This document shows positions 12,315 to 24,879 of a stretch of 59,044 nt of DNA, one piece after another (within the stretch, counting starts at the first letter, position 1; each line of letters begins with the position of its first letter). Below the pieces are notes generated by a model. The model saw only the letters and a list, made by a program, of their open reading frames with translations, was not told where the DNA came from and made no database searches. The position numbers and the translations under genes were made by a program. The stretch is from Octopus bimaculoides (taxonomy: Eukaryota), in assembly GCF_001194135.2 (NCBI RefSeq), contig NC_068982.1:187070605-187129648 (forward strand). Reading direction: 5' to 3'.

Positions 12315-14885
12315 TATATATATATATGATACATATATGTATATAATTAATAAATATGTTTCTATGTAACCTAGGAAATTGCTGAAGGTACCAATCTACA
12401 GATGCCAAAACTGAAGGTACAACACTGAAAGTGTCCGTGGTGGAGGGTATTCATGGTGGAGGGTATCTATGGTGGACTCTGTTCCTGGTGAAGGGTAGAT
12501 CAATAATGACTTTGGTGCAAGTAAGAACGGATCTCAGAATGTTGGTCTTCACAGGAAAACTGATGCAAGATCAACATAAAAGGGAAGATAATATGTTTTG
12601 TATTGATATTTAGGATGATGATGATGATGATGATGATGGTATGGGTAATGATGGTTGTAAGTGTGACACTCATGATGATGATGATGATGATGATGATCAT
12701 TGGTTAACGCCCGTTTTCCATGCTGGCATGGGTTGGACGGTTTGACAGGAGCTGGCCAGTCTCCGATTGTCTGTTCTGGTACGGTTTCTATGGCTTGATG
12801 CCCTTCCTAATGCCAACCACTTTACAGAGAGTGCTGAGTACTTTTTTACGTGCCACCAGCATGGGTGCATTTAGGCAGCACTGGCACAAGTGCATATTAT
12901 TTGGCCCTAGCACCTGTAAAGGACAGGTCTGTATGTATGGACGACACTGTGATCCTTACTTAGCTTGACCCATCTTCTCAAGTACAGCAAATTGCCACAA
13001 CTCCTGGTCCCTTGTCATTACCTTAGTGAGGCCACGCCCAGTCCCTTATCAATAACATTACCACCACCACCACCACTATCACCACCACCACCATCATCAT
13101 CATCATCAACACCACCATCACCATCACCCCTCCCAACATCATCATTACCATCATCACAACCTCCATCACCTCATGTCTGCAGCTGTAAGGAAGAGAGCTC
13201 TCATGTTTTGGGATGACAAACCCTAATCAGAGTGTTCACTCTCTCTCCATTTTTTCGTGACAATTTTTGTGAATTCTGGCTGCTATTTCTAGCAGATTCA
13301 GTGTCTCTATTTCAACCCAAAGTGTTGAATTGGCCAAGTTGATAGAATGCCTTGCAATATATGTTCTGGTTCTTTGTGCTTTGGGTTCAAATCCAGCTGA
13401 AGTCAAACTCAAGGGCTACCCAGGGTGGCACACTTTGTGACTGTTACTGAAACAGACCATTGGTTCCCAAACAGACAGATATAAGCCCCTCCCCTCTAAT
13501 ATTAATTGAATTTGTTTTGCATCTCCCACTTCTTTATTAAAGAGAAAATGAAACAGAGTTTTTCTCCATTTGGTGTCTCATTCTTTGTGTTGGTGTTGGA
13601 CAACATTAAAATAACTGGAAACCACCTTAATTTCATTAGAGATTGTCATCCGTCTACCTTGCCCCTCCCCCCACTCCACCACTTCAATATTTGATGACAC
13701 CCCTCCCTCTCCCTCATGAGAAACACTGAAAGCAACTGTATTTTATGAAATTGTCCCTGTTTCCCTACTGAATAAGCTTGTATTCATATTTTAGTTTCAC
13801 TTTTACTGCAGGAGGGGGTTTGATAGGAGTGATGTGTGTGTGTGTGCTGTGAATCGAACCACATGATTTGGGGTTTAGTCCCACTTGCATGGCAGCTTGG
13901 GCAAGTGTCTTATACTGTAGCACCAGACTGACCAAAGTCTTGTGACCAGGTTTCATAGATGGTAACCGAAAGGAACCTGTTCTATGCTCGTTCTAGTCTA
14001 ACGACCCTCCATGTTTGTTTTCATTCGGTTTCCTCGTATGTCTCCACTGTCTTGTTTTTGTTCCCAACTTTGACCCTCCATAAATCCTAAATTTTATTTT
14101 AGAATTTATGGGAGCAACTGTCTTTGAAGACTCATATTGTCGTTGAATGCTCGAAATGAGGAGTAGATAGACTGCCGACAACTGATGAAGGGTCCTTTCT
14201 CTGTGTTTCATTGGACTGTTTTCCATTTTTATCTCGTTGTTTTCATATTTAACTCATTTATTTATATATTATATTTCATGTTATTTGCACTGTTGGTGAT
14301 ATCCTGCACCCATATATGCANNNNNNNNNNNNNNNNNNNNNNNNNNNNNNNNNNNNNNNNNNNNNNNNNNNNNNNNNNNNNNNNNNNNNNNNNNNNNNNN
14401 NNNNNNNNNNNNNNNNNNNNNNNNNNNNNNNNNNNNNNNNNNNNNNNNNNNNNNNNNNNNNNNNNNNNNNNNNNNNNNNNNNNNNNNNNNNNNNNNNNNN
14501 NNNNNNNNNNNNNNNNNNNNNNNNNNNNNNNNNNNNNNNNNNNNNNNNNNNNNNNNNNNNNNNNNNNNNNNNNNNNNNNNNNNNNNNNNNNNNNNNNNNN
14601 NNNNNNNNNNNNNNNNNNNNNNNNNNNNNNNNNNNNNNNNNNNNNNNNNNNNNNNNNNNNNNNNNNNNNNNNNNNNNNNNNNNNNNNNNNNNNNNNNNNN
14701 NNNNNNNNNNNNNNNNNNNNNNNNNNNNNNNNNNNNNNNNNNNNNNNNNNNNNNNNNNNNNNNNNNNNNNNNNNNNNNNNNNNNNNNNNNNNNNNNNNNN
14801 NNNNNNNNNNNNNNNNNNNNNNNNNNNNNNNNNNNNNNNNNNNNNNNNNNNNNNNNNNNNNNNNNNNNNNNNNNNNNNNNNNNNT

Positions 14886-15369
14886 TCTACAGCTGGATGC
14901 CCTTCCTAATGCCAACCACTCCGAGAGTGTAGTGGATGCTTTTTATGTGCCACCGGTGTGGGAGCCAGTCAGGCGGTCCTGGCATTGATCACATTCCGAT
15001 AGTGCTTTTTATGTGCCACCAGCACGAGAACCAGTCAGGGGGGGGGTCACTTGCCACAGCTACAATTTTGGTTTTACTTGACTCAACAGGTCTTCTCAAG
15101 CATATCACTAAATGCTTCAGGGGTACTCTTAAATGGTCCGGACATGCAACACTGGCATCGGCCATGGCTGAGATCTCACTTTAGTTGCTGGATCTTCTCA
15201 ATCACAGCATATCTCCAAAGGTCTCAGTCTCCTGTCATTGTCTCTGTGAGGCCCAGTGTTCGAAGGTCGTGCTTCGCCACCTCATCCCATGTCTTTCTGG
15301 GTCTAACTTTTCTACAAGTTCCTTCCACAATTAAGGTGTGGCACTTCCTCACAAAGCTGTCCTCATCCA
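14886..15369 (-). mobile_element. RTE LINE 3' fragment
   Basis: MDEDSFVRKCH..RPRKTWDEVAKHDLRTLGLTE plus 3' UTR motifs. Confidence 0.85.
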
Positions 15370-15394
15370 TATGTATATATATATATATAGAGAG

Positions 15395-15490
15395 AGAGAT
15401 GATAAGAAATGGAGCAATAATAAACAATGAGAAGTGGATCAATGATCCACTTCTCATTATTAATTATTGCTCCATTTCCTTACCATCTCT
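15395..15490. repeat. 96-bp near-perfect palindrome within (TA)n
   Basis: agagatg..gagaagtggatca-a-tgatccacttctc..catctct; ~48-bp arms, 1-nt loop. Confidence 0.8.
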
Positions 15491-15689
15491 ATATATATTA
15501 AACCACGATTTTACCTTTAAATTATCTACTACTGCATACCTTATAACAAGGACCATACATACTGAGGTAATACACCAGAAGGGCCTATGGTTACATCTAT
15601 CCCTTAGAGGGTTTTCATGCATCTAACTTATATATATGTATATGTGTATATATATATATATACATGTATACATGTATGTATGTGAGTGT

Positions 15690-16010
15690 GAAGGCACATA
15701 ACTCAGTGGTTATAGCACTTGGCTCATGATAGTAAGGTTGTGAGTTTGATTCCTGGCAGTGCATTGTGTCCTTCAGCAAGACACTTTATTTTACATTGTT
15801 CCAGTCCACTCACCAGCCAAAAGTGAGTTGTACCTGTAATTCAAAAAGAGGCCAGCCTTGACTAATTCTGTGTCATGCTGAATCTCCCTGAGAACTACGT
15901 TAAGGGTACGCATGTCTGTGGAGTACTCAGCCGCTTGCATGTTAATTTGATGAGCAAGCTGTTCTGTTGATCTGACCAGTCGGAGCACTTGTTGTTACTG
16001 CTAGAGTGCC
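15690..16010 (+). mobile_element. SINE sharing the family C 3' domain, with a different head/central segment
   Basis: gttgtacctgtaattcaaa..gaactacgttaagggta..cagccgcttgca.gttaattt matches 53640-53760 reverse complement. Confidence 0.75.
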
Positions 16011-16404
16011 AGTTATGTTATGTGTGTGTGTGTGTGTGTGTGTGTATTTCTGTGTCCCCTTGTCTTGATGTCATGTGATAGTTGTAAATCACCTTCGCTG
16101 TCATACAAGTGGTGTCATTTGGTTCTAGTCTTCTGTGGAAATCATGTCAGGATCTGGAGAAATATATCTGCAAGTGTGGTTCTGATCCAGTTTTGAATAT
16201 CGGCTAATATAGAATTGGAAGAGTTTGGAAGGTACACAGAAAACAGTTGTCATGGTTTTAATCCTTCAAGAGTCAACTTATTTCAGTTAGGTATTATATT
16301 GCTTGTATATGATTTACCCTGGGTGAGTTCACTTTGATGAACTGGCTAGCATAACAACAACAACAACAGCATCAGCAACAATCCTTTCAACTATAAGTAC
16401 AAAT

Positions 16405-16843
16405 AGAAAATTACTATTTTTAAATCTCTCAACGAGAGATATTCAGCAACAGTACTCAAGAGTAAAAGTTATTTACCAACATAACATGGCAATCCTGGTT
16501 TAGGACGAATGTTGCTGTAATTTAGCCCCAGGAGACATCATCTCCAGCTGGCTATACGACACGATCTGTGTCCTTATATTTTCAAACAAGGGCATCTAGC
16601 ACCCCCACTCAGCTCAAAACAATATCTGTGTATTGCGATTTCTGGGTTATTTTCTTTCATCAGCACAGAATACACAGATATTGTTTTGAGCTGAGTGGGA
16701 GTGCTAGATTCCCTTGTTTGAAAATATAAGGATGCAGATCATGTCGTATAGCCAGCTGGAGATGATGTTTCCTGGGGCTAAATTACAGCAACATTCGTCC
16801 TAAACCAGGATTGTCATGTTATGTTGGCAAATAATCTTTACTC
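16405..16843 (-). mobile_element. Penelope-like foldback element, copy 1 (arms 16460-16634 and 16669-16843)
   Basis: ~175-bp inverted arms, ~55-bp unpaired leader shared with copy 2, hammerhead core in the loop. Confidence 0.7.
16625..16669 (-). ncRNA. Type I hammerhead ribozyme motif, degenerate stem II
   Basis: UCUGUG-CUGAUGA-AAGAAAAUAACCCA-GAAA-UCGCAAU-A-CACAGA. Confidence 0.6.
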
Positions 16844-18290
16844 TAGGTACAAAGCCTGTACTTTTGAGGGTGGGGACAATCAATCACATTGGTCCCTTCC
16901 CCCAGTACTTGACTGGTCCTTATTCTAATGACCCCAAGACGATGAAAGTCAAAGTCAGCCCCAGCAGTATTTGAACTCACGATGTTTAATAGCTGCAACA
17001 AATTCTGCTAAATATTTTGTCTGCTGTGCTAATGGTTCTTCTTGCTCATAGTCTTATAATAATAATAATAATAATAATAATAATCATTTCTATTATAGGC
17101 ACAAAGCCTGAAATTTCTGGGAAAGGGCTAAGTCAGTTACATCGACCCCAGTGCTTTGAACTGATAGTTTATTTTATCAACCTTGAAAGGATGAAAGGCA
17201 AAGCTGACCTCAGTGAAGTTTGAACTCTGAATGTAAAAGCAGATGAAATGCCATCAAGCATTTTGTCCAGCGTGCTAATGATTCTGCCAGCTCACTGCCA
17301 TAATAATAATGATAATAATAATCCTTTCTACTTTGTGGGGAGGGGACCAGCCGATCACATCAACCCCAGTATTACACTGGTACTTAATCTATCGACTCTG
17401 AAAGGATGAAAGGCAAGGTCAACTTTGGCGGAATTNNNNNNNNNNNNNNNNNNNNNNNNNNNNNNNNNNNNNNNNNNNNNNNNNNNNNNNNNNNNNNNNN
17501 NNNNNNNNNNNNNNNNNNNNNNNNNNNNNNNNNNNNNNNNNNNNNNNNNNNNNNNNNNNNNNNNNNNNNNNNNNNNNNNNNNNNNNNNNNNNNNNNNNNN
17601 NNNNNNNNNNNNNNNNNNNNNNNNNNNNNNNNNNNNNNNNNNNNNNNNNNNNNNNNNNNNNNNNNNNNNNNNNNNNNNNNNNNNNNNNNNNNNNNNNNNN
17701 NNNNNNNNNNNNNNNNNNNNNNNNNNNNNNNNNNNNNNNNNNNNNNNNNNNNNNNNNNNNNNNNNNNNNNNNNNNNNNNNNNNNNNNNNNNNNNNNNNNN
17801 NNNNNNNNNNNNNNNNNNNNNNNNNNNNNNNNNNNNNNNNNNNNNNNNNNNNNNNNNNNNNNNNNNNNNNNNNNNNNNNNNNNNNNNNNNNNNNNNNNNN
17901 NNNNNNNNNNNNNNNNNNNNNNNNNNNNNNNNNNNNNNNNNNNNNNNNNNNNNNNNNNNNNNNNNNNNNNNNNNNNNNNNNNNNNNNNNNNNNNNNNNNN
18001 NNNNNNNNNNNNNNNNNNNNNNNNNNNNNNNNNNNNNNNNNNNNNNNNNNNNNNNNNNNNNNNNNNNNNNNNNNNNNNNNNNNNNNNNNNNNNNNNNNNN
18101 NNNNNNNNNNNNNNNNNNNNNNNNNNNNNNNNNNNNNNNNNNNNNNNNNNNNNNNNNNNNNNNNNNNNNNNNNNNNNNNNNNNNNNNNNNNNNNNNNNNN
18201 NNNNNNNNNNNNNNNNNNNNNNNNNNNNNNNNNNNNNNNNNNNNNNNNNNNNNNNNNNNNNNNNNNNNNNNNNNNNNNNNNNNNNNNNNN

Positions 18291-19335
18291 NGACTGCTAT
18301 GAACATGCGTAAGCTTGCAAGGAATGAAGCCAGTATGCTTCGCTGGATGTGTAATGTCAGTGTGCATACACGACAGAGTGTAAGCACCCTGAGAGAAAAG
18401 CTGGACATAAGAAGCATCAGATGTGGTGTGCAAGAGAGAAAACTGCGCTGGTATGGTCATGTGTTGCATATGGATGCGGACAGCTGTGTGAAAAAGTGTC
18501 ACACCCTAGCAGTAGAGGGAACCTGTGGAAGAGGTAGACCCAGGAAGACCTGGGATTAGGTGGTGAAGCATGACCTTCAAACATTGGGCCTCACAGAGGC
18601 AATGACAAGTGACCAAGACCTTTGGAGATATACTGTGTTTGAGAAGACCCAGCAAGTCAAGTGAGACCATAACCCTGGCCCATTCAAGAGTACCCTTCAA
18701 TCATTGGGCAATAAAGTGTGCTTGCAAAGACCTGTTGAGTCAAGTGAAATTATTGTCGTGACCAATGACAGTATCACCTGATTGGCACCCATGTCAGTGG
18801 CACGTAAAAAGCACTGCATGCTAAAGTGGCTGGAAAAGGAAGAGGGCACTTGTAGCATGAGTGCCATTGGAGAGGGTCAATGGTGACCTCGGCATATGTG
18901 TGTGTGTATGAAGCTAATGTTTCTGTTATGTAGGACGACGTGCTGTGCTTGAGGAGATTGATTGAGTCAAGAACATCAAATCAAATCACAATCAAATGGA
19001 AATTGTAGTTGTGGTCCCTGTGCCAATGGCACATAAAAAGCACCATTCAAACATGGCTGATGCCAGCGCCGCCTTGACTGGCTCCTATGCCAGTGGCACA
19101 TAAAAAGCGCCATCCAATCGAGGTTGATGCCAGCCCCCTCTTGCCCCTCTGTCGGTGGCACATAAAAAAGCACCCACTACCCTCTCAAAGTGGTTGGCGT
19201 TAGGAAGGGCATCCAGCTGTAGAAACACTGCCAGATCAGATTGGGGATTGGTGCAGCCTCCTGGCTTCCCAGACCCCATTTGAACCATCTAACCCATACC
19301 AGCATGGAAAACAGACGTTCAACAATGATGATGAT
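18291..19335 (+). mobile_element. RTE LINE 3' fragment, same family
   Basis: MLRWMCNVSV..RWYGHV..GRGRPRKTWD, then the subrepeat-rich 3' UTR and (GAT)n tail. Confidence 0.9.
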
Positions 19336-19845
19336 GACATATATATATGTATGTTTGTATATATACAATAATATGTACATATAGACATAATATGCATGCA
19401 TATGAATATACAAATGTTGAATTGTGTTGCGAGAGATGTTTGGTAGTTGTAGGGTATATTGTATATTGCATCTGAATTTTTATCATGTCACTTATATTTC
19501 ATGCCATTCTGGTGTAAAACTCAATACTAATGAACTAATATATATATATATATATATATATATGTGTATGTATATATATATATGACAAGAAATAATTTTT
19601 GCCTCTTTTTTTATGGTGACAAAGATTAAAAACATTGNNNNNNNNNNNNNNNNNNNNNNNNNNNNNNNNNNNNNNNNNNNNNNNNNNNNNNNNNNNNNNN
19701 NNNNNNNNNNNNNNNNNNNNNNNNNNNNNNNNNNNNNNNNNNNNNNNNNNNNNNNNNNNNNNNNNNNNNNNNNNNNNNNNNNNNNNNNNNNNNNNNNNNN
19801 NNNNNNNNNNNNNNNNNNNNNNNNNNNNNNNNNNNNNNNNNNNNN

Positions 19846-19881
<36 letters not shown>

Positions 19882-21071
19882 TAATAATAATTAAGGGTAT
19901 CTAAGAGATACCACCATGCTAGAGATAGCAGTCAAAACTTGACTCTAAAACCACTTCACATATTCACACCGCACAACTTCTGATCTGGTAATTCTTGGAA
20001 TGGTATTTTTCCCCTCTGCTTCCATTTCCATTCTCAGAGTTGTGTCTCTTTTACCTCCCTAGTCAGGTGGGTTGTGTTGTTTTAAACTGCATTTTCTTTA
20101 CATCTGTGAACACATTGTTCCAGGATAAAATCCCCAAATTTGGCAACTTTGAACTGGCTGTGACTGGGGTAAGTCTGTTTTTGTTTGTTTTACTCTCTTC
20201 GGCTATGGCTGGTCTCCTAGAAGACTTGTGTGAGTGCAGTTATTTTTTTTCTATTATTTGGCACATTCTATTAGAATTCAGCACTTCTTCAGAATCCAGA
20301 TGGTGAAACTATACTCCAAACCATTCATTGACTCAATAGAATCATTAATACTGGGATAAATTGTAATTAGATAATTAATTAATTCCAACCTCAGGGCAAG
20401 GGAAGACAAATTTAATCGTGGTTGTAATTTGTTGTTTTAATTGAATTAAAAAAATTAACAAATTAGAGTTAGGTGACAAGACTAGATCATTGCTATGACA
20501 TAACAAAGGATAAGCCAATAAGGACAGTTAAGATATAACAATAATAAATCAATAAGCATGTTAAAATACACTTGTGATTAATCAATGAAGATGTTGGGAT
20601 ATACCAATTATAAATCAATTAGTATGTTAGGCTATGTTAATATGAAGCTTTATGAAAAGTTAAGATATGACAAAGATAAAATAGTTTAACTGTGAGGACC
20701 GCACAGTGATAAGACTGGGAGAAAAATTAAGACCTGACAAAAATCTAGTAATGTTGTTAAGATTTGAAAAAGAAACACTTCAAATTAGATATTCTTTTCT
20801 ACTTTAGGCACAAGGCCCGAAGTTTTTTGGGAAGGGGCCAGTGGATTAGATCGACCCCAGTACGCAACTGGAACTTAATTTATCAACTCTGAAAAGATGA
20901 AAGGCAAAGTCGACCTCGGTGGCATTTGAACTCAGAAAGTAAAGACACGAAATACCGCTAAGCATTATGCCCTGCGTGCTAACGTCTCTGCCAGTTTGCC
21001 GCCTGACTTCAAATTCGATATTGTGGAAGAGAGATGAACTGAATGGAAATGAGAATGTCGTAGATAATATT

Positions 21072-21249
21072 GGTAACATAGGGATGAGAAATATAGGGAT
21101 GGTAATATAGGGATGAGAAATATAGGGAAGGTAATATAGGGATGAGAAATACAGGGATGGTAATATAGGGAAGGTAATATAGGGATGAGAAATATAGGGA
21201 AGGTAATATAGGGATGAGAAATACAGGGATGGTAATATAGGGATGAGAA
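21072..21249. repeat. Higher-order minisatellite, 15+14-bp subunits (atagggatgagaaat / atagggaaggtaat)
   Basis: Direct inspection; about 12 subunits. Confidence 0.85.
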
Positions 21250-22744
21250 GTAGTTACAAAGGTGTCTTTTATCTTTTACTTGCTTTAGTCCTTAGACTGC
21301 AGCCATTCTGGAGCACAACAATGAAGAATTTTAGGTGAATGATTTGACCCCAGTACTTATTTTTTTTAAGACTAACACTTATTCTATTGATATCTTTCGA
21401 GGAACTGCTAAGTTATGGGGATGCAAACACACCAACGCTGGTTGTTAAGTGGTGATGGTGGTGGTGGTGGGACAAACACAGCTACAAAGACACATACACA
21501 TGTGTATATACACGATGGGCTTCTTTCAGTTTCCGTCTACCAAATCCACTCACAAGGCTTTGTTTGGCCCAAGGCTATAGTAGAAGACACTTGCCCAATT
21601 TGCCATGCAGTGGGACTGAACCCAGAACCATGTGGTTGGGAAGCAAGCTACTTACCACACAACCACTCCTGCACCTGTATTTGTATACAAAATGTTGCAA
21701 CTTTCAGTACTGGCTTTAAATTCTGTATAATATCTGTAGAGATAACTTTAAAAAGTCGATTGCACTGCTAACACAGGTAGGACACAGTATTGACCTATAA
21801 ACCTTTAATATAGTTGGTAGTATATAATGGTTACTAAACGAAATATGATGTACTTACCAGCAATTGTAATGTAATAGTTACAAATGTTTTTAAAATAAGT
21901 ATTTTTATGGATTAGTAAATTGTGCTGGAAATCTAAATCTAGCTATGTTTGAATGACACTGCTTGCTATTTCTTTCTGTAATTTTTCCTGACGAAGCAAA
22001 GCAACTAACTTTCACACGTCTTCCACAATGCTTCTCTGCCTGGTTCTAACCAAGTTTGTTACTGCTTTCGTCTTCAGACAAGGAATCGATAAAATTCTGT
22101 TCCATACTGCTACTGGGGTAGTTGTATGTTGAAGATAAAAGAAAAGAAGTTTAAATTAATTACTTACTAAGATTCCTTTGTGGTATTAATTGGGTTAATT
22201 GCTAAGAAATAGAATATTTAATTCTACATGACAAGATTTTGTAAAAAAAAAAAGGGGTGGGGAACAAGAAATATATAGCAAGACTAAACTAGAAGACTTT
22301 TTTCAAATAGAAACCTATTGAAGACTTTCTGAGACTCACAAGAGAGTAGGTAGATGCCTCTGTAGTAAATATTGTCAGACGGTATTTAGTTGTGATTATG
22401 CTGAGGAATTTAATAACTGAAGAAAACTCTGCAAATTTCAAGAGAATGGAAGCAAGATTGTTAGGAACATTCTAGAGATATTTAAAGGTGCATTATTCAG
22501 TGAGCTTTAACAAAATAGTCAACATCAGCATTTTCATCTGCTTTCTTTCTTTCGTTTCTGGTTAATAATATTTTCCACACCATCTTCAGAAACTAGACTA
22601 TTTCAGCACATTTCATCTGCCACAAATGTCTTCCTTCTTTTTTTTTTCTTTTTTTTTATCTTTTTGTTTTTCTAGAATTTCCATTGCTATTTCGATTTCT
22701 TTGCATCTCAAATTTATCTTGGATTATGATAATGATAACAATTA

Positions 22745-23170
22745 GAAAATTACTATTCTTAAATCTCACAACGAGAGATATTCAGCAACAGTACTTTGGA
22801 GTAAAGATTGTTTGCCAACATAACATGGCAGTCCTGGTTTAGGACGAATGTTGTTGTAATTTTAGCCCCAGGAGACATTGTCTCCGGCTGGCTATACGAC
22901 ATGATCTGTGTCCTTATATTTTTGAACAAGGGAATCTAGCACCCCCACTCAGCTCAAGACAATATCTGTGTATCGCGATTTCTGGGTAAATCACGATACA
23001 CAGATATTGTTTTGAGCTGAGTGGGGGTGCTAGATTCCCTTGTTTGAAAATATAAGGACACAGATCGTGTCGTATAGCCAGCTGGAGACGATGTCTCCTG
23101 GGGCTAAATTACAGCAACATTAGTCCTAAACCAGGACTGCCATGTTATGTTGGTAAACAATCTTTACTAC
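22745..23170 (-). mobile_element. Penelope-like foldback element, copy 2 (arms 22800-22981 and 22988-23168)
   Basis: Near-perfect ~181-bp hairpin with a 6-nt loop. Exact 14-bp direct repeat aatgataacaatta at 22731-22744 and 23171-23184. Confidence 0.7.
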
Positions 23171-24171
23171 AATGATAACAATTACTAGAATTAAAAATTC
23201 TTTCTACTATAGGCATTGGGCTTGAACTATTAGGTGAGGGGGCTTAGTCAATTACCTCGACTCCAGTACTCGACTGAGTCTTGTTTTATTGATCCCTAAA
23301 ACAATGAAAGGCAAAGTCAACCTTCGGTGTGATTTGAATTCCAAATGTGAAGATTCCAAAGATATGTCTCTAATCATTTTGTCCAGCCTTCTAACAATTG
23401 TGCTTTTTATTATTATTATTATTATGATGATGATGATTATTTAACGTCTGCTTTCCATGCTGGCATGGGTTGGGCGGTTTGACACAGGGCTGGCTTGCAG
23501 GGAGCTGCCCAGATTCCAATGAATAACCTTTTCTGTTTGAGGCACAATGCTTGAAATTTTGGGGCACGTTGCTATTTGATTACATTGACCCCCCCCCCCT
23601 CAGCGCTCAACTGGTACTTATTTCATCGACCCCCAAAAGGATGACAAAGTCAGCTTCAGCAGAATTTGAAAGTAAAGACAGATGAAAAGCTGTTGAGCAT
23701 TTTGTCTGACACACTGCTGATTGGGCCATCTCACCTCCTTTTATTATGGTGCTGATGATGATGATGATGATAATCCTTTCTACTAAAGGTACAAGGCCTG
23801 AAATTTGGGGGGAGGGGACTAGTCGATTATATCGACCCCAGTGTTTCACTGGTACTTTATTGACCCCAAAAGGATGAAAAGGCAAAGTCGACCTTGGAAT
23901 AATAATAATAATAATAATGATAATAATAATAATAATAATTATAATGGTTTCAAATTTTGCCACAAGGGCAACAATTTTGGAGGGAGGGGATGAGATGGGT
24001 TGATTGCGTTGACCCCATTGTTCAACTGGTACTTATTTTATCAACCCCAAAAGGATGAAAAGCAAAGTTGACCTCAATGGGATTTGAACTCAGAATGTGG
24101 GGAAAGACAATATGCCGTTGAGCATTTTGCCCGTTGTGCTAACAATTCTGCCAGCTTGTTGCCTTAATAAT

Positions 24172-24532
24172 AACAAGAGCACTCAGAGAGCGTGAATCTC
24201 TGCCAAGGCTAACACCAATGTCCTCTCAACGATTGGCCAGAGATGATTTTTAAAATGAGAATCTCTGAAATAAACTCGACTGCTCTCACAAACGAGAATA
24301 CTAAAAATGAACCCGACCGCTCTCAAAAATTAAGTAAAAAAACGGGAAAAATAATCCAGAATCTTTGTCTGGTACTGGATCAATCCCAAAATCTAATCAG
24401 TTTGTGCCAGTCACGAGGCCATCCCTGAAAGTTTCATCTGAATCCATCCAGCAGTTCTTGAGATATCTTGTCCACAAACAAACAAACAAACGTGACTGAA
24501 AACAATACTCCCACCTTCACCAAGGCGGAGCT
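24172..24532 (+). mobile_element. Helentron/DINE-like non-autonomous element (tentative)
   Basis: Subterminal ctctgccaagg echoed by a 3' hairpin ctcccacctt-cacc-aaggcggag, internal (CAAA)n, flanked by TAA repeats. Confidence 0.45.
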
Positions 24533-24879
24533 AATAATAATAATGATAATAATAATAATGATGATAATAATAATAATAATGATAATGATACTAATGATAA
24601 TTTAATTATGAGAAATATTTAATATTTTCTATTACTGATGGAAACAGGGCTTGTTTATTTGCACCACTTTGCAGTGATTGAGTGCAGCACTTTGCAGTGA
24701 TTGTGTGCAACACATTGCAGTTGGCTGCACTTCACTGCATAATTTATTTCATTAATTTTATGTGAGTGTTTTCTAGTTTGTTTTGCTGTTGTTACCTTAA
24801 CAAATTATTTCTTGAATTCTTTATCTCGCCACCACTGTCATAAAAGAGTTATGGGTTTCCTATGACTAGGATCTCACTT

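Noticed and set aside
14130-14215. CUGAUGA preceded by a ttgtcg/cgacaa stem (possible fourth hammerhead)
   Set aside because: No correctly placed GAAA or stem II; at best a broken Penelope-like relic.
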